The position numbers and the translations under genes were made by a program. Under the pieces are notes generated by a model, which was not told the DNA's origin, made no database searches, and saw only the letters and a list, made by a program, of their open reading frames with translations. From a bacterium (GTDB taxonomy: Bacteria; Patescibacteriota; Minisyncoccia; Minisyncoccales; DAOWIS01), in assembly GCA_030640805.1 (NCBI GenBank), contig DAOWIS010000015.1, forward strand, positions 1 through 53,026: DNA of 53,026 bases, written 5' to 3'. Shown here piece by piece: positions 8,642 through 19,209 of the stretch (positions are counted from its first letter, which is position 1; every line of letters begins with the position of its first letter).

Positions 8642-9724
8642 TTATAAATTTTCGTCTTTTAGTTTTTTCAATAATTCTTTCTGTTTTCTTGATAAGCTCT
8701 TGGGAGTGATAATTTTTATTATGACGATTTGGTCTCCCACTCCTCTTTGATAAAGATGAGGGATTCCCTTTCCTTTTAATCTTAATTCTTGGCTTGATTC
8801 AATACCAGCCGGTATCTTTAATTTTACTTTTCCTTCAAGGATCGGTATTTCTATTATATCTCCCAAGGCAGCCTGACTGAAACTAAGAGGTAATTCGTAA
8901 TAAACATCATTTCCTTCTCGTTTAAATTTAGGATGTTTTTTAAGATGGATTTTTACATATAAATCTCCCATTTGGCTTCCTCGAGGACCAGCTTCTCCCT
9001 TATTTTCTATTTTGATAATTTCTTTATCATTGATACCAGCCGGAATTTTTATTAATATGCTTTCTACATCTATTACTCTTCCCTGACCCTTACAAAGATT
9101 ACATTCTATTTCGGGAATTTTTCCTTCTCCTTGGCATTCCGGACAAAGACCGGTCCGAGTAATCGAGCCTAAAAATGTCCGATAAACCTGCTGAATACGA
9201 CCTCTGCCTCCGCAAGTAGGGCAGGATTTAAGATGACTTCCGGGTTCAGCTCCGTTTCCCTGACAGCGAGGACAAATTACTTTCTTCTTGAGTTTTAATT
9301 CCTGCTCCTTTCCCTTAAAGGCCTCTTCTAAAGTTATTTCTAAATCAATAGAGGTATCTTGACCTTTTCTTTTTCTTACTTTAGTTCTTGTTCCGCCTCC
9401 AAAAAAATCAGAGAAAATATCTCCTAAATCAATATCTCCAAAATCAAAACCCTGCCTACCAAAATCAAATCCTCCCTTAGATGGTCCATATCCAAAAGGT
9501 CCATAACCAGGACCCTGTCCTTCGAATGCTTTTCCAAAACGGTCATATTGGGACCGTTTTTCTTTATCTCCTAAAACCTGATAAGCCTCATTAATCTCTT
9601 TGAATTTTTTTTCATCGCCTCCTCTATCAGGATGGTGTTTATGAGCCAATTTTCGGTAGGCCTTTTTAATTTCTTCCACTGAGGCATTAGGAGAAACGTC
9701 TAATGTTTTGTAATAATCCTTCAT
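8642..9724 (-). CDS. dnaJ: Chaperone DnaJ
   Basis: J domain with HPD, G/F region, four CxxCxGxG repeats. Confidence 0.97.
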   Translation of the reverse strand: MKDYYKTLDVSPNASVEEIKKAYRKLAHKHHPDRGGDEKKFKEINEAYQVLGDKEKRSQYDRFGKAFEGQGPGYGPFGYGPSKGGFDFGRQGFDFGDIDLGDIFSDFFGGGTRTKVRKRKGQDTSIDLEITLEEAFKGKEQELKLKKKVICPRCQGNGAEPGSHLKSCPTCGGRGRIQQVYRTFLGSITRTGLCPECQGEGKIPEIECNLCKGQGRVIDVESILIKIPAGINDKEIIKIENKGEAGPRGSQMGDLYVKIHLKKHPKFKREGNDVYYELPLSFSQAALGDIIEIPILEGKVKLKIPAGIESSQELRLKGKGIPHLYQRGVGDQIVIIKIITPKSLSRKQKELLKKLKDENL

Positions 9725-9838
9725 AGGAAATTTCTAATTTCTAATTTTCAATTTTAAATGAATTCTTAAATGATTTAATTTAAAAATTTAAAATTTAAAA
9801 TTGATTGAAAATTAAAAATTGATAATTGAAAATTTTTA

Positions 9839-11716
9839 TTAATCCTTTTCTTTTTTATCTTCTTCTGACTTTTTATCATCCTTGCCTTTTTCTCCTTCGT
9901 CCTTTTTCTCCTGGGTTTGCTTATACATTTCTGTTCCTAATTTCTGTAAAACAGAAGAAAGATCAGTAGTAGCATTCTTGGTTTCTTGGATATTATCCCC
10001 TTCTTTAACTTTTTTTAAAACTTCTACTTTTTCTTCTACTTCTTTTTTTAATTCGGGATTAACTTTTTCTTTTCCTTCCCTTAAAGCTTTCTGAGCTAAA
10101 TGTATTAAATTATCAGCATTATTTTTTGCTTCAACTAATTCTTTTTTCTTTTTATCTTCTTCAGCATGCATCTCGGCTTCTTTTTTCATCTTTTCAATTT
10201 CTTCAGGAGTTAAGCCCGAAGAGGCCTCAATTCTGATGGATTGCTGTTTACCGGTGGCTTTATCTTTAGCCGAAACATTTAAAATTCCATTGGCATCAAT
10301 ATCAAATGTTACTTCAATTTGAGGAATTCCTCGAGGAACTGGCGGAATACCGTCCAAAATAAACTTTCCTAATGTCTTATTATCAACCGCCATTTCTCTT
10401 TCGCCCTGAAGAACATGAATTTCCACTGAGGGTTGATTGTCAGCTGCGGTTGAGAAAATCTGGGTTTTAGCAGTTGGAATAGTAGTATTTTTGGGAATTA
10501 AAATAGTGTTTATTCCTCCTAAAGTCTCAATTCCCAAAGAAAGAGGAATAACATCCAGCAGTAAAACATCCTTCATCTCTCCTTGCAAGATTCCGGCTTG
10601 AACCGCTGCCCCAATTGCTACTACTTCATCAGGATTAATTTCTTTAGAAGGTTCTTTTCCAAAAATTTCTTTAATTTTTTGCTGAATAGCCGGCATTCTT
10701 GTTTGTCCTCCCACCAGAACTATTTCATTTATATCTTTCATAGAAAATTTAGTCTCAGAAATCACTTTATTTAATGTATCTATTGAGCGTGAGATATATT
10801 CATCGACCATTTCTTCTAACTTTGCCCGAGTAAGTTTAAGGTTAAGGTGTTTTGGACCAGAAGCATCGCTGGTAATAAAAGGAAGGTTTATCTCTGTTTC
10901 CAAGGTAGTAGAAAGTTCAATCTTGGCTTTTTCGGCTGCTTCTTTTAGTCGTTGAAGAGCTAATTTATCTTTGGCTAAATCAATACCCTGTTCTTTTTTA
11001 AATTCCGAAACTAACCAGTTGATAACCTTTTGGTCAAAGTCATCTCCTCCCAAATGAGTATCGCCGCCAGTGGCTTTTACTTCCACCGTATCTTCTCCTA
11101 CCTCCAGTACTGAAACATCAAATGTTCCTCCTCCAAAATCATAAACTACAATTTTTTCATCTTTCTTTTTACTTAAGCCATAAGCCAGAGCAGCAGCAGT
11201 TGGTTCATTAATTATTCTTCTCACTTTAAATCCAGCAATCTCTCCAGCATCTTTAGTAGCCTTTCTCTGACTGTCGTTAAAATAGGCCGGTACCGTAATT
11301 ACTGCTTCAGTTATAGTTTGACCTAATTTATCTTCGGCATCTTGTTTTAATTTTTGTAATAACATTGCTGAAATTTCTGCTGGTCCATACCATTTCTCGC
11401 CTAATTTTATTTCCACTCCCCCGTCTTTTGATTCCTGAATTTTATAACTTAAAGTATTTTTATCTTTTTGAATTTCGGAGTCAGAAAATTTTCGGCCAAT
11501 TAAACGCTTAGTTGAATAAATAGTATTTTCTGGATTAGTAATGGCTTGCCTCTTGGCTAAAATTCCCACTAATCTTTCCCCATTTTTAGAAATAGCAATT
11601 ATCGAGGGCGTAGTTCTTCCCCCTTCTTTGTTTTCGATTATTTTTGGCTCGCCGGCTTCTATTGTTGCCATCGCCGAAAAAGTAGTACCTAAATCTATAC
11701 CTCATATTTTATTCAT
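9839..11716 (-). CDS. dnaK: Chaperone DnaK; in-frame TGA at codon 5 as written
   Basis: MNKI*GIDLGTT from 11716; [31 protein letters not shown]. Confidence 0.95.
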
Positions 11717-11799
11717 AATTTGTTTAGTTTTTAGATAATAGATTATAGATGATGGATTTATATCTAACATCTAAATACCCAACATCCAAAATCTAATAT

Positions 11800-12351
11800 C
11801 TACTTTACTATTCTCACCTTAGCTGATCTGATTACTTTGCCCTGAAGCAGATAACCCTTCTGGACTTCTTTTATTATTTTTCCTGATTTTTCTCCCTCTT
11901 TTTTTATTTCTTCCACGGCTTCGTGAAATTCGGGGTTAAACTCTTCTCCCAATGTTTTAATCTCTTCCAGTCCTTGTTTTTTTAAAAATTCTTCTAATTG
12001 AGATTTTATCTGAATTATTCCTTTTACCCAATCCACTTTTCTTAATTTCATATCTGGCAGATGGCTTTCAGCCCTATAAAAATTATCTAAAATTGGTAAA
12101 ATTTCTTCAATCAAATTTTCATTAGCCCATTTTCTAAAATCCACCATCAATCCTTCACTTTCTTTTTTAAAATTAATGAAGTCGGCTTTGGCTCTTTGCC
12201 AACCCATTAGATATTCTTCTTTTTCTTCCCGGCACTTTTTAAATTTTTCTTTAAGTTTTATAATTTTTTTTTCTAAAGATAATCCAGAAATTTCAGATTC
12301 CTCTATATATTCAATTTTCGATTCTTCTTTTTTTTCTTTATTTTCTGCCAT
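11800..12351 (-). CDS. grpE: Nucleotide exchange factor GrpE
   Basis: RAKADFINFKK, ILPILDNF, FNPEFHEAV, QKGY...GKVIRSAKV; between hrcA and dnaK. Confidence 0.95.
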   Translation of the reverse strand: MAENKEKKEESKIEYIEESEISGLSLEKKIIKLKEKFKKCREEKEEYLMGWQRAKADFINFKKESEGLMVDFRKWANENLIEEILPILDNFYRAESHLPDMKLRKVDWVKGIIQIKSQLEEFLKKQGLEEIKTLGEEFNPEFHEAVEEIKKEGEKSGKIIKEVQKGYLLQGKVIRSAKVRIVK

Positions 12352-12352
12352 T

Positions 12353-13072
12353 TTAATTTTGATTATTCAAAACTTTAACAAAATTCCGAATAAGCCCTAT
12401 GTTTTTTAAATAAGGCATTCTTTTTGGTCCCAGCATTGCTAATATTCCTTCTTCTTTACAGAGAGAGAAACGAGAAATAATTAAACTAAATTCATCTGTG
12501 GAATTTATGGGATTTTCTTTTCCAATATAAATTTTAATTTCCGGATAGTCCCAAATATCAAATTCTTCTATTTTTTTCTCAAAATGGTTTACCATTTTGG
12601 TAAATTCTGAAATATAATCTGGATCTTTGAATTCCGGCTCTTGAAAAATTCCTTGCCAACCTTCTTTCCATAAAACATTTTTCTCTAAAAGATAGATTAA
12701 AACCAGAGAAGAAGATTTTAAAGCCAAGATTTTAGTAAATTGAGAGGAAAATTTTAATAAATCCCGGGTTTCTTTTTCTAAATCTTTTATCATTTTTGAA
12801 AGCTTTTTTTCGATTTTTAAATTAGAAAAATCCTTTGTCAGAAAATCATTTACAGAAAATCGATAGCCCTTGTCAGTAGGAATTCTACCGGCCGAGGTAT
12901 AAGGTTGTTTTAAATAACCTTCTTCAGTTAATTCTTGCATCTCGTTGCGAATAGTAGCTGGACTTAAATCAAAATTATAATTCTCAACTAAAATCTGAGA
13001 GCTTACCGGAACAGCTGTTTTTATAAATTCCTTAACTATATCCTTTAAGATTAATTGTTGCCTTTTCTTCAT
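12353..13072 (-). CDS. hrcA: Heat-shock repressor HrcA (short form)
   Basis: PVSS, SPATIRNEM..L...GYL.QPYTSAGRIPTDKGYR, LGPKRMPY; CIRCE upstream. Confidence 0.9.
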   Translation of the reverse strand: MKKRQQLILKDIVKEFIKTAVPVSSQILVENYNFDLSPATIRNEMQELTEEGYLKQPYTSAGRIPTDKGYRFSVNDFLTKDFSNLKIEKKLSKMIKDLEKETRDLLKFSSQFTKILALKSSSLVLIYLLEKNVLWKEGWQGIFQEPEFKDPDYISEFTKMVNHFEKKIEEFDIWDYPEIKIYIGKENPINSTDEFSLIISRFSLCKEEGILAMLGPKRMPYLKNIGLIRNFVKVLNNQN

Positions 13073-13083
13073 ATACTTATTCT

Positions 13084-13121
13084 ATAATATAAAATTAGCA
13101 GTCAATTGTCAAGAGTGCTAA
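13084..13121 (-). promoter_or_regulatory. CIRCE operator overlapping the sigma70 promoter of hrcA
   Basis: TTAGCAGTC-N9-GAGTGCTAA at 13095-13121; minus-strand TTGACA-17-TATTAT. Confidence 0.9.
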
Positions 13122-14709
13122 AAAGACTCTTGGCTTTGTCTATTCGCTGAACAGTTTTTTCTTTTCCCAACACCTCCATAATTTCAAAAGGACCAGGCGA
13201 GGCTTTCTTCCCGGTTAAAGCCACTCTTAATGGCCAAAGTAATTTACCTCGATCTAATTTCCTTGTCCTGAGTTTATCGAAGGATTCTGCTTCCGCTAAT
13301 AAAACTTTCTCTAAATTATCTTTATTCCAATCATCACTTTTTATTTTGGAGATAATTTTTTCTAATTTAGTTAGGACCTCAAGAATCTCCTTATCTTTCA
13401 TTTCCTTCCAAGAAAGAAGATCTTTCTTGTATTCTAATTTCTCTTTAAAGAAAAAATCAGCTAACTCCGAAATTTCCGACAATTTTTTTAATCTTTCTTG
13501 GTATAAAGAAATAATTTTTTTAAGATATTCAAAATTTACTTCTTCTTTAGTTTCAGAAATTTGATAGATTTGCTTTAAATCCATTCCTCCATAGGCTGGA
13601 GGATATTGTTTTATCTTAAAGATGGGCTTTATTAATCCTTCTTCAATTAAATAAGGGATACAGAGCCAAGTTAATTCATCTAAAGGTTTTTGACGAACAT
13701 AATAACTATTAAACCAATCTAATTTTTCAATATTAAAAATTGCTCCCTGTTTCTGAACCTTTTCTAAAGAAAATTCTTTTATTAATTCTGGAAGAGTGAA
13801 AATTTCTTTGTCAGTGCCAGGATTCCAGCCAAGTAAAGCCATAAAATTAATCAGGGCCTCTAATAGATAGCCTTGTTCTCTGTATTCCCTTATAGAAACT
13901 GCTCCCTGCCTTTTACTTAATTTGCTCTTATCAGGAGCTAAAATTAAAGGCAGATGAGCATATTGGGGACGAGAAAAACCCAGTGCTTCCTGGATAAGAA
14001 TTTGTTTTGGAGTATTCGGAAGATGGTCCTCTCCTCTTATAACAGGAGTAATTTTCATTTCAAAATCATCAACCACTACAGCAAAATTATAAAGAGGTGT
14101 TTTTAGGTCTTTAGCAATAGAAATATCGCCCAAAATTCCAGTATCAGACTCTAAATCCCCTCTAATTAAATCATGAACTTTTAATTTTTTAGAAGGACAC
14201 CGGAATCTGATAATTCCTTTCTTCTTCTTGTCGCTTGTCGCTTGTCGCTTGTCGCAAACGTGCCTCGGTGCCTCTTTTCTTTTTATCTGCTCTTTTTTTT
14301 CTTTTTCCAATTCTTCTTTACTATGATAACACCAAAATGCCTGCCCAGATTCTAAAAGTTTCTTAATATATTTAGTATAACTTTCTATTCGTTGGCTTTG
14401 TCTATAAGGCCCATAATCACCGATATATCTTTGATTTTCTGGGTTTTGGGTTTTGTGATTTGTGATTTCCCCAATTTTTCTTTGAAAAATTGGGGTCGGT
14501 CCTTCATCCCATTTAATTTTTAACCATTTTAAGTTCTCCAAAATATCTCTTTCCCATTTTGGATTAGATCTTTCTAAATCAGTATCCTCAATTCTTAATA
14601 TAAAATTTCCCTTTTGTTTTTTGGCAAATAAATAATTAAAAAGAGCGGTACGAGAAGTACCGATATGAAGAGGACCAGTAGGAGATGGAGCAATACGAAC
14701 CCGAACCAT
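13102..14709 (-). CDS. gltX: Glutamate--tRNA ligase
   Basis: RIAPSPTGPLHIG, LRIEDTD, IRGEDH, KLSKR; ATG at 14709 preferred. Confidence 0.95.
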   Translation of the reverse strand: MVRVRIAPSPTGPLHIGTSRTALFNYLFAKKQKGNFILRIEDTDLERSNPKWERDILENLKWLKIKWDEGPTPIFQRKIGEITNHKTQNPENQRYIGDYGPYRQSQRIESYTKYIKKLLESGQAFWCYHSKEELEKEKKEQIKRKEAPRHVCDKRQATSDKKKKGIIRFRCPSKKLKVHDLIRGDLESDTGILGDISIAKDLKTPLYNFAVVVDDFEMKITPVIRGEDHLPNTPKQILIQEALGFSRPQYAHLPLILAPDKSKLSKRQGAVSIREYREQGYLLEALINFMALLGWNPGTDKEIFTLPELIKEFSLEKVQKQGAIFNIEKLDWFNSYYVRQKPLDELTWLCIPYLIEEGLIKPIFKIKQYPPAYGGMDLKQIYQISETKEEVNFEYLKKIISLYQERLKKLSEISELADFFFKEKLEYKKDLLSWKEMKDKEILEVLTKLEKIISKIKSDDWNKDNLEKVLLAEAESFDKLRTRKLDRGKLLWPLRVALTGKKASPGPFEIMEVLGKEKTVQRIDKAKSLFSTLDN

Positions 14710-14842
14710 AAACGCTTCGCTCAAATTCAAAATGCCAAATGACAAGTGAAAAATTAAAATTAAAAATTTTGCTTAATTGCTTCGCAATTACAAGGAGCGA
14801 AGCGACTGGTTAGTATTTTGAATTGTAATTTGGCATTTAAAA

Positions 14843-15991
14843 TTAAGTTATTAATTTCAATACTACTTCAGCTATTTTTTTTGCTGCTTTAGGTTTTGAG
14901 AATTCCTTAGCTTTCTTGCTTATTTCTTTAATTTTTTCCGGATTTTCCAAAAGAGAAGCCACTCTATTCAGAAAAAGATTGGGAGTTAAATTTTGTTCTT
15001 CTAAAACAATAGTTGCTCCATTTTTAGCAAAAGCATAAGCATTTTTTAATTGATGCCCAGCCGCGGCAGTAGATAAAGGAATTATAATACTTGGTTTTTC
15101 TGAGGCAGCGATTTCAAAAATGGTTCCCGAGCCCGCCCTGGAGATTATTAAATCGGCGACGGTATAAGCATTAGCCGCTTGCCTTTCGTCTAAAAATGGA
15201 AATGAGTGATAAAAAATTTTATTTTCGGAACCTTCTAATACAACATGGGCTTCAAGATTTACTTCTTTAAAATTTCTTTTTCCCGCTTGATGAATTATTT
15301 GATATTTAGAAAGAAGTTCGGGAAGAACAGATAGAATTAAATCATTTATAGTTCGTGCCCCTTGACTTCCTCCTATAATAAAGAGAGTGGGACGGTCTGG
15401 AGACAAGCCAAATGTCTCTCTGGCTTTCTGTTTTGTTCCTTCTAAAATCTCCCGCCGGATTGGATTACCACTGACTATAATTTTTTGCTTGGGAAAATAT
15501 TTTTTTGTTTGGAGAAAAGAGACTATAATTTTCTTTGCGAAATAAGAAAAAAAACGGTTAGTAAAGCCAGGAACAGTATCTGATTCGTGAATTACTAAAG
15601 GAATTCTATAAATTATTCCTACCAAGAGGACCGAGAAACTTCCGTATCCTCCCTTTCCCACAATTATATCCGGCATAAACTGCCAAACCCGATAAAGGGC
15701 TTGAAAAAAACCAATAAAAAGATAAAAGATATCTTTTAGGTTGGCAATTATACTGGAAATGGAAAAATCTCGGCGTATTTTTCCACTTAAAATAATTTTC
15801 CCTTTTATTTTCTCTTTTTCTAATAACTCTTGAATCCAATCATCTTTTGGTCCGACATAAAGGAATTTTAAATCTAAAACTCCATACTCTAAAATTCCAT
15901 ATCTGGGAGCAAATTTTTTGATGGATCTAGCAATGGCTATCAGGGGAAAAAGATGTCCTCCTGAGCCACCACCAGTTAATAAAATACGCAT
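14843..15991 (-). CDS. murG: Lipid II GlcNAc transferase MurG
   Basis: TGGGSGGH, KGGYGS, GNPIR, GGSQGA, SRAGSGTIFE, HQLKNA. Confidence 0.95.
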   Translation of the reverse strand: MRILLTGGGSGGHLFPLIAIARSIKKFAPRYGILEYGVLDLKFLYVGPKDDWIQELLEKEKIKGKIILSGKIRRDFSISSIIANLKDIFYLFIGFFQALYRVWQFMPDIIVGKGGYGSFSVLLVGIIYRIPLVIHESDTVPGFTNRFFSYFAKKIIVSFLQTKKYFPKQKIIVSGNPIRREILEGTKQKARETFGLSPDRPTLFIIGGSQGARTINDLILSVLPELLSKYQIIHQAGKRNFKEVNLEAHVVLEGSENKIFYHSFPFLDERQAANAYTVADLIISRAGSGTIFEIAASEKPSIIIPLSTAAAGHQLKNAYAFAKNGATIVLEEQNLTPNLFLNRVASLLENPEKIKEISKKAKEFSKPKAAKKIAEVVLKLIT

Positions 15992-16027
15992 AAGGGATTA
16001 GAAACTTATAGAAATTTACTCACTCCG

Positions 16028-16051
16028 CCCTGAACCGTACGGTTCAGGGCT
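16028..16051. repeat. Intergenic perfect palindrome
   Basis: GCCCTGAACCGTACGGTTCAGGGC between ftsW and murG. Confidence 0.7.
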
Positions 16052-16129
16052 TCGCTCGCGAAACCCATTGAAACTTATTGTTTTTTACAATTAATTTCTA
16101 TTAATTTCGCAACCGAAGGTTGCAAGTTT

Positions 16130-17246
16130 CTATAAATTTCTATTAGTTTCTTTTGATATATTTAACAGTATTCCCGTGGCTATTAAAGTTACTACCATTG
16201 AAGAACCACCGTAACTAATAAAAGGAAGAGGAATGCCAGTCAGGGGTATTAGCCCCGAAATCGCTCCCATATTTACAAATGCCTGAAGAGTGATCCAAGT
16301 AGTAATGCCGATTGCTACCATTGATCCGAAAGGATTAAAAGAATTTTTGGCAATTTTTATTCCTCTCCAGGCAAAAATCAAAAAAAGCAAAATTATTAAA
16401 AGTGCTCCCGCAAATCCAGTACCCTTTCCCCAAAGAGCAAAAATAGAATCTCCCATTGCTTGAGGAAGAAATTTTGCAGATTGGATACTTCCCTCTAGTC
16501 CTTTTCCAAAAATTCCACCTGAGCCCAAAGCGATTAAAGATTGAGTTATTTGATAACCTTTTCCTAAAGGGTCGATTTGGGGATTAAGAAAAACAGCAAT
16601 CCTGTCTGCTCGATAAGGAGAAATTCCGACCAATCCCAAAAATAAAATACCTCCGATAATTATAACTAAAATTAAATGGGATATCCTTCCTCCTCCGATA
16701 AAAAACATTGTAGCTGCCGTTAAACAAACTATCCCTAATGTGCTAATATCTGGTTCAAGAATCAGTAAGGTTCCTATCATCCCTGTCATTATTAAAAAGG
16801 GAATTAATCCTTCTTTAAATTTTTTTATTTCTTTATTATCTCTTCTTTTTTTTTAACCAGGCTCCTAAATATATTATAAAACTTAATTTCACTATTTCCG
16901 AGGGCTGAAGGGAAAGTATACCCAGTGACAACCAGCGAGTCGCTCCTTTATAACCAATGCCAATCTTAGGGAAAAAAACCAAAAACAAAAGAAATAAACT
17001 AAAGATAAAGAGAGGCAAAGATATCTTTTTCCAAAATTGGCAAGGGAGAAAAAAAGCAATGAGACCCAATATTGCACCCGGCAAAATTCCGAACATTAAC
17101 TGATGTCGCAAATACCAATAAGGATCTCCAAAATTCTCTTTAGAAATATTGAAAGCAGCAAAACTTAAAATTAACAGTCCTATTAATAATAATAGCACAA
17201 CTGATGTCAGTAGCACATAATCTGGTTTTTGCTTCTCTTCTTTCAT
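16130..17246 (-). CDS. ftsW: SEDS protein FtsW, split by a frameshift in an A9 run (16846-16854)
   Basis: GATRW..QPSEIVK in ORF 16836..17246; EPD, GYQ..QSLIALGSGG, TGIPLPFISYGGSS in ORF 16130..16789; removing one A joins them. Confidence 0.9.
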
Positions 17247-18598
17247 TTTTTATTAACGGAAAATTTCCTTACGTATTTTTTAAATAAATTACCTCTTTCT
17301 TTGTAATCTTTAAAAATTCCAAAACTGGCAGAAGCGCAAGAGAGTAAACAAATTTTCTCTTTTTCAGTATTCTGATAAGCAAGATGGACTACTTCTTCCA
17401 TATTATCTACGAAAAAATGCTGTGTCTGCCTGAGTTTTCTCTGAAAATTTGGGCGGTTCTTGGCCTGCAGAAGAATTGCTTTCCAAATTTTCAATCCGGT
17501 GGTTGGGAATAAAATTACTGTCTTTATTTTACTCTCTAATATAATCTTAGCCAATTCCTCAAACCTAAGTTTTTTATCAGAGCCACCCAAAATTATGGTT
17601 TGGATATTCTTGCCAAGGATTTCTATAGCCGAAATAGTGGCTTCGGGGATTGTTGCGGCAGAATCATCGTAGAATTTTATCCCTCGATATTTTCCGACAA
17701 ATTCTAATCTATGTTCAAGAGGTTTAAAGTTTTTAATGGCTTTGGCAATTTTTAGAGAAGGAATATTAAATAACTTTCCGATAATAATGGCTGGTATAAT
17801 ATTTAAAACATTAAATCTTTCTTTTAGAGGAATTTTGTTCTCTTTTATAATTTTTAATCCTTTTTTAAAACCAAAAGGAATTTTTTTTGCTTTGCTTTTT
17901 GAAGCAATTTTTCTTAAAATTTTATCGTCTGAATTGAAAATTAGATAATCATTTTTTGTCTGATAACGAGTTATATTTTCTTTGGCTTTAAGATATTCCT
18001 TAAAATTCTGATAATAATCAAGATGGTCCGGCAATATATTCAAAAAGATAGCAATATGAGGACTTTTTTTAAGTTTTACCAATTGATGGCTGGAAAGTTC
18101 ATAAACAAAAACATCATTTTTTTTAGCCCTTAATAATGAAGATAGCGCCGGTTTTCCAATATTCCCAATCAGATGGGCTTTCATTCCACTATTTTTTAAA
18201 ACTTTATAAATAAGAGAACTAACAGTACTTTTCCCTTTTGTGCCGGTAATGCCAATAATTTTTCCTGGACAATTTTCAAAAAAAATCTCGGTCTGCGAAG
18301 CAATCTTTTTACTATTGAAATCCGACTTCAATAGTTTTTTAAAGGGGATGCCTGGTGTCTTAATTATAATATCGTAGTTTTTCAGAGATTTGAGATAATT
18401 TTTTCCTAAATAAAGCCTAACCTTTTTGTCAGATTTAATCTTCTTTTTTATTTCTGGATTTAATTCATTTATTTTTAATCTATCAGCCAGCCCAATTTGT
18501 TTTTGGGGAAATAATTTCCGCAAAAATTCAAGAGTATCCATCCCTTCTCTTCCCAATCCCAAAATTAATATTTCTTTGGTTCTAAAATCCTCTAACAT
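17243..18598 (-). CDS. murD: UDP-MurNAc-L-Ala:glutamate ligase (MurD/MurD2-like)
   Basis: ILGLGREG, GITGTKGKST, GNIG, ELSSHQL, DHLDY, HRLE, DDSAAT, ERG..F; own ATG at 18598. Confidence 0.9.
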   Translation of the reverse strand: MLEDFRTKEILILGLGREGMDTLEFLRKLFPQKQIGLADRLKINELNPEIKKKIKSDKKVRLYLGKNYLKSLKNYDIIIKTPGIPFKKLLKSDFNSKKIASQTEIFFENCPGKIIGITGTKGKSTVSSLIYKVLKNSGMKAHLIGNIGKPALSSLLRAKKNDVFVYELSSHQLVKLKKSPHIAIFLNILPDHLDYYQNFKEYLKAKENITRYQTKNDYLIFNSDDKILRKIASKSKAKKIPFGFKKGLKIIKENKIPLKERFNVLNIIPAIIIGKLFNIPSLKIAKAIKNFKPLEHRLEFVGKYRGIKFYDDSAATIPEATISAIEILGKNIQTIILGGSDKKLRFEELAKIILESKIKTVILFPTTGLKIWKAILLQAKNRPNFQRKLRQTQHFFVDNMEEVVHLAYQNTEKEKICLLSCASASFGIFKDYKERGNLFKKYVRKFSVNKK

Positions 18599-19153
18599 AT
18601 AGTTATAAGATAGCATAAATTTAAGAATTTTTTCAAATTCTTTTGGTAAATTATGTTGATTGTTCCAGGAATTCATCATTTTTTTTGTTTCTTGCTCTAT
18701 GTTCGGGTATTTAGGTAAAATTCTCTTTTGGAAATACTCCAAAAGAAAAGGAAGCTCTTGGACTTGGACGGAGAACCGTTCTCCGTAAACTAACGGAGAA
18801 CTATTCTCCGTTAGTTTTAAACATAAATAGAAGGCGATTAGGGTTTCTTTTTTGGTGCCGACGCATTCAAAGGGCTTAAATTTCTTTTCGCCGATTAATT
18901 CTAACATTATTGGTGAAAGTTCCTTTTTCTCAAAGAGATTTTTGCCAAAAATTTTAATTAATCTTTCTTTTTTTATAAAAGATATTTTTGATTTCTCTAT
19001 ATTTCTTATCACTAATTTGGGAGAAAAATAAATATCTGGTTCAATTTTGAATTTAAAAAAGATCTCTAAATTATTTTTAGAAATCTTATAAGAATAATTT
19101 TGATAAATAAATTGAGGATATTTCTTTCCCAAGGAATTAGGTTTCTTTTTCAT
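18599..19153 (-). pseudogene. murL: Internally deleted MurL-like epimerase remnant, in frame with murD
   Basis: N-terminal FIYQNYSY..F.F segment joined directly to C-terminal IFGKNLF..KPFECVG..E segment; only ~185 aa; lies between mraY and murD. Confidence 0.6.
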
Positions 19154-19209
19154 AGAGACTTGAGCAAAAGTTTCTTCGGAGAACCGTTCTCCGTAAATCA
19201 ATGGGATTT

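Noticed and set aside
11702..11704. TGA-to-Gly recoding (genetic code 25)
   Set aside because: The position is normally Leu/Ile, TGA terminates other genes here, and remaining ORFs are uninterrupted
14044..14046. GltX ITPVIRG in place of conserved ITHVIRG
   Set aside because: Single-base difference (CCT vs CAT) in a contig with other probable base errors; uninterpretable without reads
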